64,000 nt of DNA from Candidatus Eremiobacteraceae bacterium (GTDB taxonomy: Bacteria; Acidobacteriota; Terriglobia; Acidiferrales; UBA7541), in NCBI GenBank assembly GCA_035622555.1, contig DASPVD010000105.1:115-64114 (forward strand), in the 5' to 3' direction. Shown piece by piece: positions 20,495-29,853 of the stretch. A program made the position numbers and the translations under genes. Position 1 is the first letter of the stretch. Every line of letters starts with the position of its first letter. The notes under the pieces are model-generated. The model was not told where the DNA came from and did not search any database. It saw only the letters and a program-made list of their open reading frames with translations.

Positions 20495-21463
20495 ATGAAG
20501 AGAATTGCGGCATGGCTTTGCGGCGCGGTGGCACTGTTGGCGATTACGGCATACGCCGCAGTGAACTATCAGCCGTTAAAAAAGGTAGCAGTGCCGGGCA
20601 CCGATCGTTGGGATTACGTAACGGTGGATGATGAGGCGCGACGGGTGTACGTTTCGCACGCGACGCAGGTGGACGTGTTGGATGCGGATGCGTTAACAGT
20701 GGTGGGCACAATCCCCGACACGCCGGGTGTACACGGGATAGCCATAGCGCCGGAGGCTGGAAGGGGCTACATATCGGCAGGAAAAGCGGACGCGGCGATC
20801 GCGTTCGATCTGAAGACGCTGAAGCCGCTCGGGCAAATTAAAGTGGGGAAAAAGCCGGACGCGATTATTTACGAGCCGTTGACGAAACGCATTTACGTAA
20901 TGAATGGCGACAGTGACAGCATCACGGTACTAAACGCAGCGGATGGGGCGGTGACGGGAACAATTGCGCTGGGCGGCGGTCCGGAATCCGCGGTGTCTGA
21001 TGGACGCGGGAACGTGTACGTGAACCTGGAAGAGCAAAACGAAACGCTGCACATCGACGTGAACACCATGAAGGTGAAGGAGCGGTGGCCCCTGGCGCCT
21101 TGCGCTACGCCAACAGCCCTGGCGATGGACAGGGAGAGTCGGCGGCTGTTTGTGGGCTGCCGGAGCAAGCTGCTGGCGGTGCTCAACGCCGATAACGGGA
21201 AGGTGGTGTTCACGGCGCCAATCGGGGAACGGGTGGACGCGGCGGCGTTCGATGGAAAGGCGCGTTTGGCGTACCTGTCGACCGGAGATGGGCGAGTTTT
21301 TGTGTTTCGACAGGAGTCGCCGGACCAATATTCCGTAGCTCAGGAAATCACAACGAGGGCGGGAGCAAAAACCATGGGGTTGGATGCGAAGACCGGGAAT
21401 CTTTTTGTGCCCACGAGCGAAAACGGATCGATGCAAGTGCTGGTGCTGGCGCGCCAGCCGTAG
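20495..21463 (+). CDS. YncE-like secreted beta-propeller protein
   Basis: AGGAGG RBS, signal peptide, WDYVTVD, GVHGIAI, GKKPDAIIYEP, GAKTMGLD blade repeats. Confidence 0.85.
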   Translation: MKRIAAWLCGAVALLAITAYAAVNYQPLKKVAVPGTDRWDYVTVDDEARRVYVSHATQVDVLDADALTVVGTIPDTPGVHGIAIAPEAGRGYISAGKADAAIAFDLKTLKPLGQIKVGKKPDAIIYEPLTKRIYVMNGDSDSITVLNAADGAVTGTIALGGGPESAVSDGRGNVYVNLEEQNETLHIDVNTMKVKERWPLAPCATPTALAMDRESRRLFVGCRSKLLAVLNADNGKVVFTAPIGERVDAAAFDGKARLAYLSTGDGRVFVFRQESPDQYSVAQEITTRAGAKTMGLDAKTGNLFVPTSENGSMQVLVLARQP

Positions 21464-21527
21464 GACGCAGGAACGTGTTCCGTGATTGGTGTCCCGTGGG
21501 CCGTGGCTGAGTTCAGCCTGAGGAAGA

Positions 21528-22229
21528 TCACAAAGGCTGGGGTTCCTTGTCTTTTTCCTTGCGGGACTGGCCCAGATATTTTTCCAGAAATTTACGGGCC
21601 AAATCCTGACCGCCCAGGCCGAAGGCAATGGCCAGGCCCAACATGGCTGCTCCGAAGATGATAGAGAATGCCGAAATTACGGCTTGACTGGCCAAGCCGA
21701 GTTCTTCCAGGGCCATGGTGATGGTCAGAATCCAGATCACGAAACGAATAGCCCAGCTGATGATCCTGGCGGAAGTGTAACCTGCATTGACGGCGGCGAG
21801 CAGGGCGGCGCGGGACAGGAAATTGGCGATGGCGATGCCGAAGAAGAAAATCAAGATGGCGATGAAAATCTCGGGCAGAAAGCGCAGCAGACGGGAAATC
21901 TGCTCCTGAAGACTAGGCACGCCGAGGACGCTGAGTCCGATCAAGATAAAACCGAACCAGGTGACCCAGAATAAAGAACGGCTCAACAAATCGGTCATGC
22001 CCGGGAGATGGGCCATGCGGAGAACGCGGGAGGCGCCGGCCTCCTCGGAAACGCGGTCGAGGCGGGTGAGCCGGAGAATAGTACGCAAGACGTACTTGAA
22101 GACGAAGGCGACCAGCAAGCCCACGGCGATAATGATCAGCATGACCACGAAATGGGGGAGGAATTCGGCAATCATGCGGACGAAATTGCTGTAAGCCTGC
22201 TCGAGCCCCTGGATGATGGTGGCTTTCAT
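21528..22229 (-). CDS. MscS-related membrane protein (conserved TM-helix repeats only)
   Basis: Repeated FLP..AILI..G..IA helices; LAIAFGLGGQD; no cytoplasmic cage domain; ATGA-coupled to the upstream gene. Confidence 0.75.
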   Translation of the reverse strand: MKATIIQGLEQAYSNFVRMIAEFLPHFVVMLIIIAVGLLVAFVFKYVLRTILRLTRLDRVSEEAGASRVLRMAHLPGMTDLLSRSLFWVTWFGFILIGLSVLGVPSLQEQISRLLRFLPEIFIAILIFFFGIAIANFLSRAALLAAVNAGYTSARIISWAIRFVIWILTITMALEELGLASQAVISAFSIIFGAAMLGLAIAFGLGGQDLARKFLEKYLGQSRKEKDKEPQPL

Positions 22230-23512
22230 GATTTCACCTCAGCTTTGGCGTTCCATCTCTCCTTCAGATACGGTTTCTGTAATTCGAATTCGGAGCAGAG
22301 CATCTCGTCGGCGGCTTCGATTTCGGCCGGGGAGGAATCGGTATGTTGGACCAAAAAGGAGTGGGTCATGCCGCGGTACAGGGGAGCTAAAGCCTGGATG
22401 AGGTGGTCGCGGTTGATGACCGCGCGGTGATAAGCAGCGGCGAAATCGTAAACAGTTCTGACCCACAGGTCGGCGTTGAAGCGAAACTTTCCTTCCTCGA
22501 TGGAGACCATGTTTTTTACTTCCGAGTGGGTTTCTGGGTCGAGAATGGAACTCAAGATGGGAGCGAGATCGGTGACGCCGGTGCGAAACATCTCGTAAAT
22601 TCTGTGGCGATCCATCTGGGTGGGTTCGGAGGTAAGTTTTTGAGTGGTGCCAAGAGTGGGCGCGGGTTGTGAGCCGTCACGCTCCATCCAGAGGGATTGT
22701 TGTTGTTCCAGGCACCAGAAGAGAGTGCCCACGGTTTCGCGAAGGATTTCGACGATGTCGGCGGACGCGCCGGGCAAAGGCTGGAGCTTCTCGCCGAGAT
22801 AAACCTGACAACAGCGAAAATCAGGAGTGTTGGCGCGGATGGCCATCCAGGCTTCGGGCCGGGCGCGGATGGGTTCGTCGTGCCAGACATCCTGATTGAG
22901 GGAGTGGGAAGCAAGACGGCCGGAGAATCCCCATTCGGCGGGGAAGATTTCCCGAATCTCGCAGCCAAAAACGGCGCGACTCATGGGATAGAGGAGATTG
23001 CGGATCAAGAGCCCCTGATACTTGTGGCGGCTGTAGAGAGGAGCGACCAGATCGAAGTTGTCGCGGTAAACGGGGCCCAGCAGCTTGGTGATCCAGTCGG
23101 CAGAGAGATTGGGGGTGAACGGAGAAACGACAGCGCAGGCCTTGGCCTGCAACAAATCGGCGCAGGCCAGAATGGTTCGCAAGGCCAGACCGGGATGAGG
23201 AGAGGCGGTAAAACCCGCGGTGACCTGATGGATGGTGCGTAGAGAAGTGAGACCATGCAGGCGGGGACGGTTGAGTTCGGGATTAGCAGGGACCACGGGC
23301 AGGCCATTGGGATGATTTACGCCATCGTCCATGAGAACAATAACCACGCGCTGGCGAACAAACTGCTGCTGAAAGCTCTGGGAAATGGCTTGCACGACGG
23401 AGGCGAGAACGTCGGTGGCGGCGGAGGAGGACACGCCGACAAGCAGATCGACTTCACCAACGCCGATTAACTGGCGAAGTAAATCATCGGGTAAAAAAGT
23501 TTCGTCGGCCAC
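22226..23512 (-). CDS. GT-A fold glycosyltransferase-like protein (glucosylglycerate synthase-like), degenerate active site
   Basis: DLVAPLYSRHKYQG, YPMSRAVFG, LWVRTVYDFAAAY, LAPLYRG; expected DxD replaced by SPF; likely GTG start at 23512. Confidence 0.7.
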   Translation of the reverse strand: MADETFLPDDLLRQLIGVGEVDLLVGVSSSAATDVLASVVQAISQSFQQQFVRQRVVIVLMDDGVNHPNGLPVVPANPELNRPRLHGLTSLRTIHQVTAGFTASPHPGLALRTILACADLLQAKACAVVSPFTPNLSADWITKLLGPVYRDNFDLVAPLYSRHKYQGLLIRNLLYPMSRAVFGCEIREIFPAEWGFSGRLASHSLNQDVWHDEPIRARPEAWMAIRANTPDFRCCQVYLGEKLQPLPGASADIVEILRETVGTLFWCLEQQQSLWMERDGSQPAPTLGTTQKLTSEPTQMDRHRIYEMFRTGVTDLAPILSSILDPETHSEVKNMVSIEEGKFRFNADLWVRTVYDFAAAYHRAVINRDHLIQALAPLYRGMTHSFLVQHTDSSPAEIEAADEMLCSEFELQKPYLKERWNAKAEVKS

Positions 23513-23584
23513 GATACCTAAACTATCCCTGTGAAGTAAGCCAGCCAAAGCCAGCGCACCGAATGAGGATGCTGGGCCACTCGA

Positions 23585-25225
23585 TCATATCCGGCGCAGG
23601 TGAAACCAGTAAAACTGATAGGGCCCGAGAGTGAGCAGGTAGGGCAAAGTGCCGAAACGGGGAAACAGACTGCGGCCAAACATTTCGATAGGCACGTAAC
23701 CCTTATATCTTGGCACATCCAGTTCCACAGCCTGAGCGGAATTCGACAAATTATTGACCACCAGAACAATTTCGTTGCCGAATTGGCGAGTATAGGCCAG
23801 AACGCGGTGATTGGAAGGGGTGAGAAATTCCATGGTACCGCGGCTGAATACGCGAAAGGCATTGCGGACCTTAATGAGAGACTGCATCCAAATGAGCAGA
23901 GAATGCCCGGAGCGCTCTTGTGCGTCGACGTTGACGGCCTGGTAACCGTAAACGGGATTGGAGATTAGGGGCGCGTAGAGGCGCTCGGGGTCAGCGGTGG
24001 AGAAGCCGGCGTTGGTGCCACTGTTCCACTGCATGGGAGTGCGCACGCCGTTGCGATCGCCAAGATAAATATTGTCGCCCATACCGATTTCGTCGCCGTA
24101 ATAAACGATGGGAGTGCCGGGCATGGACATGAGGAGGCCATTCATGAGTTCGATGCGCCTGCGGTCGTTGTCCATGAGCGGAGCAAGACGGCGGCGAATG
24201 CCGCGATTGATGCGCATGGACTTGTCCTTAGCGTATTCGTCGTACATGTAATCGCGCTCGATTTCGGTGACCATCTCGAGGGTGAGTTCGTCGTGATTAC
24301 GGAGAAAAATGAACCACTGGCAGTTTTCGGGAATTTGGGGAGTCTGTTCGAAGATGTCGACAATGGGCTTGCGGTCCTCGAGTTTGATAGCCATGAACAT
24401 GCGAGGCATGAGCGGGAAGTGGAAGGCAGCATGGAACTCATCGCCGTTGCCAAAGTAGGCGCACACGTCGGCGGGCCACTGGTTGGCTTCGGCCAGCAGC
24501 ATGGATCCGGGATAAGCCGAATCGAGGCGGCGGCGAAGTTCGCGGATAATGGCGTGAGTTTCGGGCAAATTTTCGCACAGGGTGCCTTCGCGTTCGACAA
24601 GATAAGCAACCGCATCGAGACGGAAACCGTCGACGCCCAGCTCCAGCCAGAAGCGCATCACCTCCCAGACGGTTTGGAAGACGGCGGGATTGTCGAAGTT
24701 GAGATCGGGTTGATGGGCAAAAAAGCGGTGCCAATAGTAGGACTTGGAAATGGGATCCCAAGCCCAATTGGAAGTTTCGGTGTCGACGAAAACGATGGGA
24801 ACACCCTGGTAGCGGGTATCGGTGTCGCTCCAGACGTACCAGTCGCGTTTGGGATTGTCGCGAGAGCTGCGAGCGTCCTTAAACCAGGGATGCTGGTCGG
24901 AAGTGTGGTTGACAACCAATTCGATGATGACGCGAATGCCGCGCTCATGAGCGGCGGCGAGAAATGTTATGAAGTCCTCGAGTGTTCCATAGGAAGGATG
25001 CACGGAGGTGTAGTCGGCGATGTCGTAGCCATCGTCACGGAGCGGCGAAGGGTAGAAGGGCAGCAGCCAAATGGCAGTGACGCCGAGCTGCTGGAGATAA
25101 TCGAGCCTTTCGGTGAGTCCTGGAAAATCGCCGATGCCGTCGGAGTTGCTGTCGAAGAAGGTGCGGACGTGCAGCTGATAAATGACGGCATCTCTGTACC
25201 AGAGATTATTTCGCGGTGGCGGCAA
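23585..25225 (-). CDS. treS: Trehalose synthase (maltose alpha-D-glucosyltransferase, GH13)
   Basis: [48 protein letters not shown]; no maltokinase fusion. Confidence 0.95.
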   Translation of the reverse strand: MPPPRNNLWYRDAVIYQLHVRTFFDSNSDGIGDFPGLTERLDYLQQLGVTAIWLLPFYPSPLRDDGYDIADYTSVHPSYGTLEDFITFLAAAHERGIRVIIELVVNHTSDQHPWFKDARSSRDNPKRDWYVWSDTDTRYQGVPIVFVDTETSNWAWDPISKSYYWHRFFAHQPDLNFDNPAVFQTVWEVMRFWLELGVDGFRLDAVAYLVEREGTLCENLPETHAIIRELRRRLDSAYPGSMLLAEANQWPADVCAYFGNGDEFHAAFHFPLMPRMFMAIKLEDRKPIVDIFEQTPQIPENCQWFIFLRNHDELTLEMVTEIERDYMYDEYAKDKSMRINRGIRRRLAPLMDNDRRRIELMNGLLMSMPGTPIVYYGDEIGMGDNIYLGDRNGVRTPMQWNSGTNAGFSTADPERLYAPLISNPVYGYQAVNVDAQERSGHSLLIWMQSLIKVRNAFRVFSRGTMEFLTPSNHRVLAYTRQFGNEIVLVVNNLSNSAQAVELDVPRYKGYVPIEMFGRSLFPRFGTLPYLLTLGPYQFYWFHLRRI

Positions 25226-25484
25226 CGAGGTCTCTCCGAATTCCGCAGCATTCCCCTAACGCAAAGAAGAATGGGAACTTCAACCGGGCCGAGGGGAAGC
25301 AATCAGCCGAGCTTTCAAAGATAGCGTGTCTGGAGCGGCAAGTCATCCTGGATCGCGGCGGGTCGTAGAAAATTAACTTTGCGAAAGAAGCAGGGCCTGG
25401 CGGGCTTCGTTGGAGAGGCGGTCATTAGCGGAGGTGGAGACCAAGGAAGGCAGGGCCTGAACCTGGGTGATTGCGGCAAGCTGA

Positions 25485-26912
25485 CTAGCGAAGGGAGTGC
25501 CGTAACGCGCTGCGGGCGGCGTAAAAGCCGCACATGCCGTGCACGCCGATACCCGGAGGAGTCGAGGAAGAGCAAAGATACAGGCCGGGAATAGGAGTGG
25601 AGTACGGGTCCAGGCGAACGACGGGGCGCGTGAACCACTGGCCGATGGTGGCCGCACCCCCGCCAATGTCACCTCCAACGATGTTGGCATTGTGGCGCTC
25701 AAGGTCGGCGGGGAACATGACATGGCGGGAAATGACGCAATCGCGAAAGCCAGGAGCGAAACGCTCAATCTGGCGCTCGACGGGCGCGCTCATGTCGGCA
25801 GTGCAACCGTTGGGAACGTGGCAGTAGGCCCAGAGGGTATGAAGACCCGCGGGCGCACGGGTGGAATCGAACAAACTGGGCTGGACCAGAAGCACATAGG
25901 GTTTGTCGTGGATGCGGCCGTCATTGGCGGCGCGTTCGGAGTCAGCAATTTCCGCCAAGGTGCCACCGATGTGCACGGTACCGGCGCGAGCGCATTCGGG
26001 GGCACGCCACGGCACAGGCGCACGCAGAGCGAAATCTATCTTAAAGACACCGGGACCATAGCGATACGCTTGCAACCTGTTTCGGTAGGCAGTGGGCAAG
26101 CGCTGTGCCGCGATTTTCAGAAGCTGGCGCGGGGTGAGGTCGCAAAGGATGGCGCGAGACGGAGGAAGCTGAGCGAGCGATTCGATGCGCGTGGCAGTAA
26201 CAATTTCACCGCCCAAGGAGCGGAGATGCGCGGCAAGAGCGTCGGCCAAGTTTTGAGAGCCTCCGGTGACGACGGGCCAGCCGACGGAGTGGGCGCTGAT
26301 CATCAGCCCCATGGCGAAACCGGCGGTGGCAAGACTGGACAAAGGAAGCATGCTGTGCGCGGCGGCTCCGGCAAACAGGGCGCGGGTACGTTCGGAGGAG
26401 AATTGGCTTTGGGCGAGACTGGTGGCGCTGCGAATGGCGCTGATGCCAAAGGCGGCGAGCAAGAACGGATGATGAAAGCCAATGGGGCGCAAGATCGCGT
26501 CCATCAAGCGATCGCTAGCACTGACGAAGGGCTGGAAAAGTTTTTTGTACGCGTTGGCATCAGGCCCGAGAGCTTTGGCGGTGGCTTCGACGCTGCGTTC
26601 GGCGATGACCGCAGTGCCGTCGTCGAGCGGATGGGCAAAGGGCGCTTGAGGATGAGCAAATTGGACGCCGTGGCTGGCGAGAGGCAGGGTCTTCAAAAAA
26701 GGAGAGACGAGTGCGAGGGCGTGGACAGTGGAGCAGACGTCGTGGATAAAGCCGGGCTCGGTGAGCGCGGCGGAACGCATGCCACCGCCGATGGTCGATT
26801 GCGCTTCGTAAACGCGCACGGACCGGCCAGCTTGCGCGAGAACGATGGCGGCAGCGAGGCCGTTGGGACCCGAGCCGACGACGACGGCGTCCAGCGAGGC
26901 GCGGTTGAACAC
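25485..26912 (-). CDS. Phytoene dehydrogenase-like FAD-dependent oxidoreductase
   Basis: DAVVVGSGPNGL, HDVCSTVH, WAYCHVPNG, LCSSSTPPGIGVHGMCG; likely GTG start at 26912. Confidence 0.88.
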   Translation of the reverse strand: MFNRASLDAVVVGSGPNGLAAAIVLAQAGRSVRVYEAQSTIGGGMRSAALTEPGFIHDVCSTVHALALVSPFLKTLPLASHGVQFAHPQAPFAHPLDDGTAVIAERSVEATAKALGPDANAYKKLFQPFVSASDRLMDAILRPIGFHHPFLLAAFGISAIRSATSLAQSQFSSERTRALFAGAAAHSMLPLSSLATAGFAMGLMISAHSVGWPVVTGGSQNLADALAAHLRSLGGEIVTATRIESLAQLPPSRAILCDLTPRQLLKIAAQRLPTAYRNRLQAYRYGPGVFKIDFALRAPVPWRAPECARAGTVHIGGTLAEIADSERAANDGRIHDKPYVLLVQPSLFDSTRAPAGLHTLWAYCHVPNGCTADMSAPVERQIERFAPGFRDCVISRHVMFPADLERHNANIVGGDIGGGAATIGQWFTRPVVRLDPYSTPIPGLYLCSSSTPPGIGVHGMCGFYAARSALRHSLR

Positions 26913-27193
26913 GTAGTGAGTGTGCAAGAGGCAGGGGTTAGAGGCAACAGCGAGGATGAGGAGACCAAAGAACGGGAGCAGCGGCTCGCGAACCGTTGTC
27001 GTGTTATACCTGCGATTTTCGATTACTACGCTAGGGGAGGAACTCGCGAGGCGCAGACACAAAAGCGGTACATAGAAACAGGGCGGAACCAGATCGAGGA
27101 GCTTGCGAACTTCACAATCAACGCTTTCAGATGAAACTTGGCGATGAAAAAAACGCAGCGCATCGCGGTCTTGAACTCGCTTTAGGCATGAGC

Positions 27194-27222
27194 TTGACTT
27201 CGGCACATCTGGCGTGCAGAAT
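27194..27222 (+). promoter_or_regulatory. Putative sigma70 promoter
   Basis: TTGACT-N17-CAGAAT upstream of the methyltransferase. Confidence 0.45.
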
Positions 27223-27315
27223 CGCGGCCTCACTCCCCGGCATTTTCCTGGTGTGGTCCAAATATTCGCCTGGCAAAAACAAACGCTGAAAGGCTTTCGA
27301 AAGGAGAAATGAGGA

Positions 27316-28389
27316 ATGAGTACAGCATCACGGCCAACCTTGGACATGGATAAACTGAACGCTTTCATTGGGAGATTCGTCGGCGACTTAGGGGCGGCGG
27401 TCCACGCGGGGATGGTGGTCATCGGAGAGAAACTCGGATTGTATAAAGCGCTGGCGGAGAATGCGATGACCTCGGCGGAGCTGGCTGCCAAAACGAAAAC
27501 CGACGAGCGGTACGTGCGGGAGTGGCTGGCGTCGCAGGCGGCCGGGGGCTATATCACGTACGACGAGAAGAGCAACAAATTCAGTTTGAGCGAGGAGCAG
27601 GCGTTTGCGTTGGCGAAGGAGGACAGTCCGGCGTACTTGCCGGGAGCGTTTGAGCTAGCGCTGGGATCGCTGTCGGCGGTGCCGCGCATAGCCGAGTCGT
27701 TCCGCACGGGAGCAGGAATGGGCTGGCACGAGCATGAAGACGGAGTGTTTCACGGATGCGAGAAGTTCTTCCGTCCCGGATATGCGGCGAACCTGGTGAG
27801 TTCATGGATTCCGTCGCTGCGGGAGGTGAAAGACAAACTGGAGGCGGGAGCAAAAGTGGCCGACGTGGGATGCGGAAAAGGGGCGTCCACTTTATTGATG
27901 GCCAAAGCGTTTCCGAAGTCGAAGTTCTACGGATTTGACTATCACGACAAATCGATCGAGGGCGCGCGGGAATCAGCGAAACGGGAAGGAGTGGCCGAGC
28001 AGGTGGCGTTCGATGTGGCGAAAGCCAAGACATACCCAGGGGAAAACTATGATTTCGTAGCGGTGTTCGATTGCTTGCACGACATGGGAGATCCGGTGGG
28101 AGCGGCGGCGCACGTTTACCAGTCGCTGGCCAAAGATGGAACGTGGATGATTGTGGAACCGTTTGCCAGCGACGAACTGAAAGACAACCTGAATCCAGTG
28201 GGCCGCGTGTACTATTCGTTTTCCACGCTGCTATGCACGCCGTGCTCGAGGTCGCAGGAAGTGGGGCTGTGCCTGGGTGCGCAAGCCGGGGAAGCGCGCA
28301 TACGAGAGGTGGTAACTGCGGCGGGATTTACGCGTTTTCGGCGGGCCGCGGAAACACCGTTCAATATCGTGTACGAAGCGCGGCCGTGA
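27316..28389 (+). CDS. wHTH-fused SAM-dependent methyltransferase (Rv2258c-like)
   Basis: ERYVREWL, VADVGCGKG, FDCLHDMGDP, LGAQAGE, ETPFNIVYEARP. Confidence 0.9.
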   Translation: MSTASRPTLDMDKLNAFIGRFVGDLGAAVHAGMVVIGEKLGLYKALAENAMTSAELAAKTKTDERYVREWLASQAAGGYITYDEKSNKFSLSEEQAFALAKEDSPAYLPGAFELALGSLSAVPRIAESFRTGAGMGWHEHEDGVFHGCEKFFRPGYAANLVSSWIPSLREVKDKLEAGAKVADVGCGKGASTLLMAKAFPKSKFYGFDYHDKSIEGARESAKREGVAEQVAFDVAKAKTYPGENYDFVAVFDCLHDMGDPVGAAAHVYQSLAKDGTWMIVEPFASDELKDNLNPVGRVYYSFSTLLCTPCSRSQEVGLCLGAQAGEARIREVVTAAGFTRFRRAAETPFNIVYEARP

Positions 28390-28527
28390 AGAATTGAGCC
28401 AGGTCACGGGCTGGCGGCGGTTCGGGACGGAAGCAGCTGATGGGGATGGTTTGGCCCCGCGTGGGGTCTGATGTAATCGATTGCGGCGATTAGGGAAAAC
28501 GCAGAGAATCATGGCGGTTCTCTGGCG

Positions 28528-29217
28528 ATGCAGCGTCTTGTACTGATTCCAGGATTACTTTGCGATGAAAGACTGTGGGACGAGCAGATCGCACCGTTGG
28601 CGGAGCGCGCGGAAATCAGCGTTGCGGACATCACGGGGCAGTCGACGATCGCGGAGATGGGAGCGGCGGTACTGAAGCAGCCGGCGCAGAGTTTCTGCCT
28701 GGCTGGATTTTCTTTGGGCAGTCAAGTTGCGCTTGAGATTATGCGGGTGTGCCCGGAGCGAGTGGAACGACTGGCGCTGTTGAGCGCGACTCATGGCGGA
28801 CTGCTGCCGGCGGTGGAAGCAGCGATACGGCAGGCGGTTGAAGTGATCGAACGAGAAGGTCTGGACTGTTACCTGGAGCAGGTTTATCCCAGCTACGTTG
28901 CACCGGCCCGGGTGAACGATGAATCGCTAAAGCGCACTTTCATGGCGATGGGGCGAAGGGTCGGCAAGGATGCGGGTGTGCGGCAGATGCACGCGCTGCT
29001 GTCGATCAAGGCTCCGTTTCGAAATGTGGAGCAGATTCGTTGTCCGACGCTGATCCTGGGGGGAAGAGAAGACCGGCGCACCACACCGGAAGCGCATCAA
29101 CTGCTGAATGAGGAGATTCGGGGATCGCAGCTAGTGATGGTGGAAGGTGCGGGACATTTCACACCGCTGGAGCAACCGGGAATGGTGACGGGGGCGCTGC
29201 AACGATGGATGACGTGA
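28528..29217 (+). CDS. Alpha/beta hydrolase
   Basis: IPGLLCD, GFSLG nucleophile elbow, GREDRRT, AGHFTPLE. Confidence 0.88.
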   Translation: MQRLVLIPGLLCDERLWDEQIAPLAERAEISVADITGQSTIAEMGAAVLKQPAQSFCLAGFSLGSQVALEIMRVCPERVERLALLSATHGGLLPAVEAAIRQAVEVIEREGLDCYLEQVYPSYVAPARVNDESLKRTFMAMGRRVGKDAGVRQMHALLSIKAPFRNVEQIRCPTLILGGREDRRTTPEAHQLLNEEIRGSQLVMVEGAGHFTPLEQPGMVTGALQRWMT

Positions 29218-29345
29218 CAGGTTGGCTTGCTTGCAGAAACACCAAGCCGCCGGCCTTATGGTTTTTGCGTGGATCGATGGCAGTCTTAGGAATTTGCGCA
29301 ACCACGTAGAAGAAACGGTGCCCCTGGAGGGGAGTCGAGAGAACT

Positions 29346-29633
29346 TCAGGACGCGGGCTGGTGATTGTGCTTGGTTTTTTCCCGCTCGATCCATTCGCGG
29401 ATATACGAGGGACAATTGCGGAGCTGGATGCCGCTGAGCTCGCAGCAGGTCAAAAAGGAGACCGCCAGTTGGTCGACGAGCCGGAGGCTCTCTAGATCCA
29501 ACTCAATTTTCTGATTGGCAGTCTCGTGCGAGCAGACCTCGCGTTGGAGTTCGAACAGCTCCTGGCCCTCAATCCGGCCACTGAGGCTGAGGACCAAATG
29601 GTCACCGTCCGTCAGTTTTCGGAGTTTCCACAT
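29346..29633 (-). CDS. Small STAS-like protein (95 aa)
   Basis: VLSLSGRI, IELDLESLRLVD...AVSFL, LRNCPSYIREWI; AAGGA RBS; ATG at 29633. Confidence 0.75.
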   Translation of the reverse strand: MWKLRKLTDGDHLVLSLSGRIEGQELFELQREVCSHETANQKIELDLESLRLVDQLAVSFLTCCELSGIQLRNCPSYIREWIEREKTKHNHQPAS

Positions 29634-29733
29634 GTGTTTGTCGGGGTCCTTTCCCCAGGGTTCGTTGCGCAGCGAGGATGGTAGTAACAAGCGACACGAA
29701 TCACCGGTGCGCTGGGCTGGCGGGGATAGAAGG

Positions 29734-29749
29734 AGCAAGCGGGCTGCCA
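29734..29749 (-). promoter_or_regulatory. Sigma54 -24/-12 promoter
   Basis: TGGCAGCCCGCTTGCT (GG-N10-GC) upstream of the STAS-like gene. Confidence 0.8.
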
Positions 29750-29800
29750 CTCTAAATGTAACAAAACAAGACGGATAAGTAGGGGGCGGGTCGCGAAGCC

Positions 29801-29826
29801 TTCGGGATTTTTCGAAAGTTCGTGAA
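29801..29826 (-). promoter_or_regulatory. Tripartite TTCnnGAA enhancer, copy A
   Basis: TTCACGAA-CT-TTCGAAAA-ATCCCGAA on the minus strand, 51 bp upstream of the -24 box. Confidence 0.7.
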
Positions 29827-29853
29827 GGAATTGTGAAGGAGAGCGAAGGGACG

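Noticed and set aside
26913-27491. N-terminal extension of the 668-aa oxidoreductase ORF
   Set aside because: Overlaps the divergent methyltransferase; the FAD motif belongs at the N-terminus, so the start is near 26912
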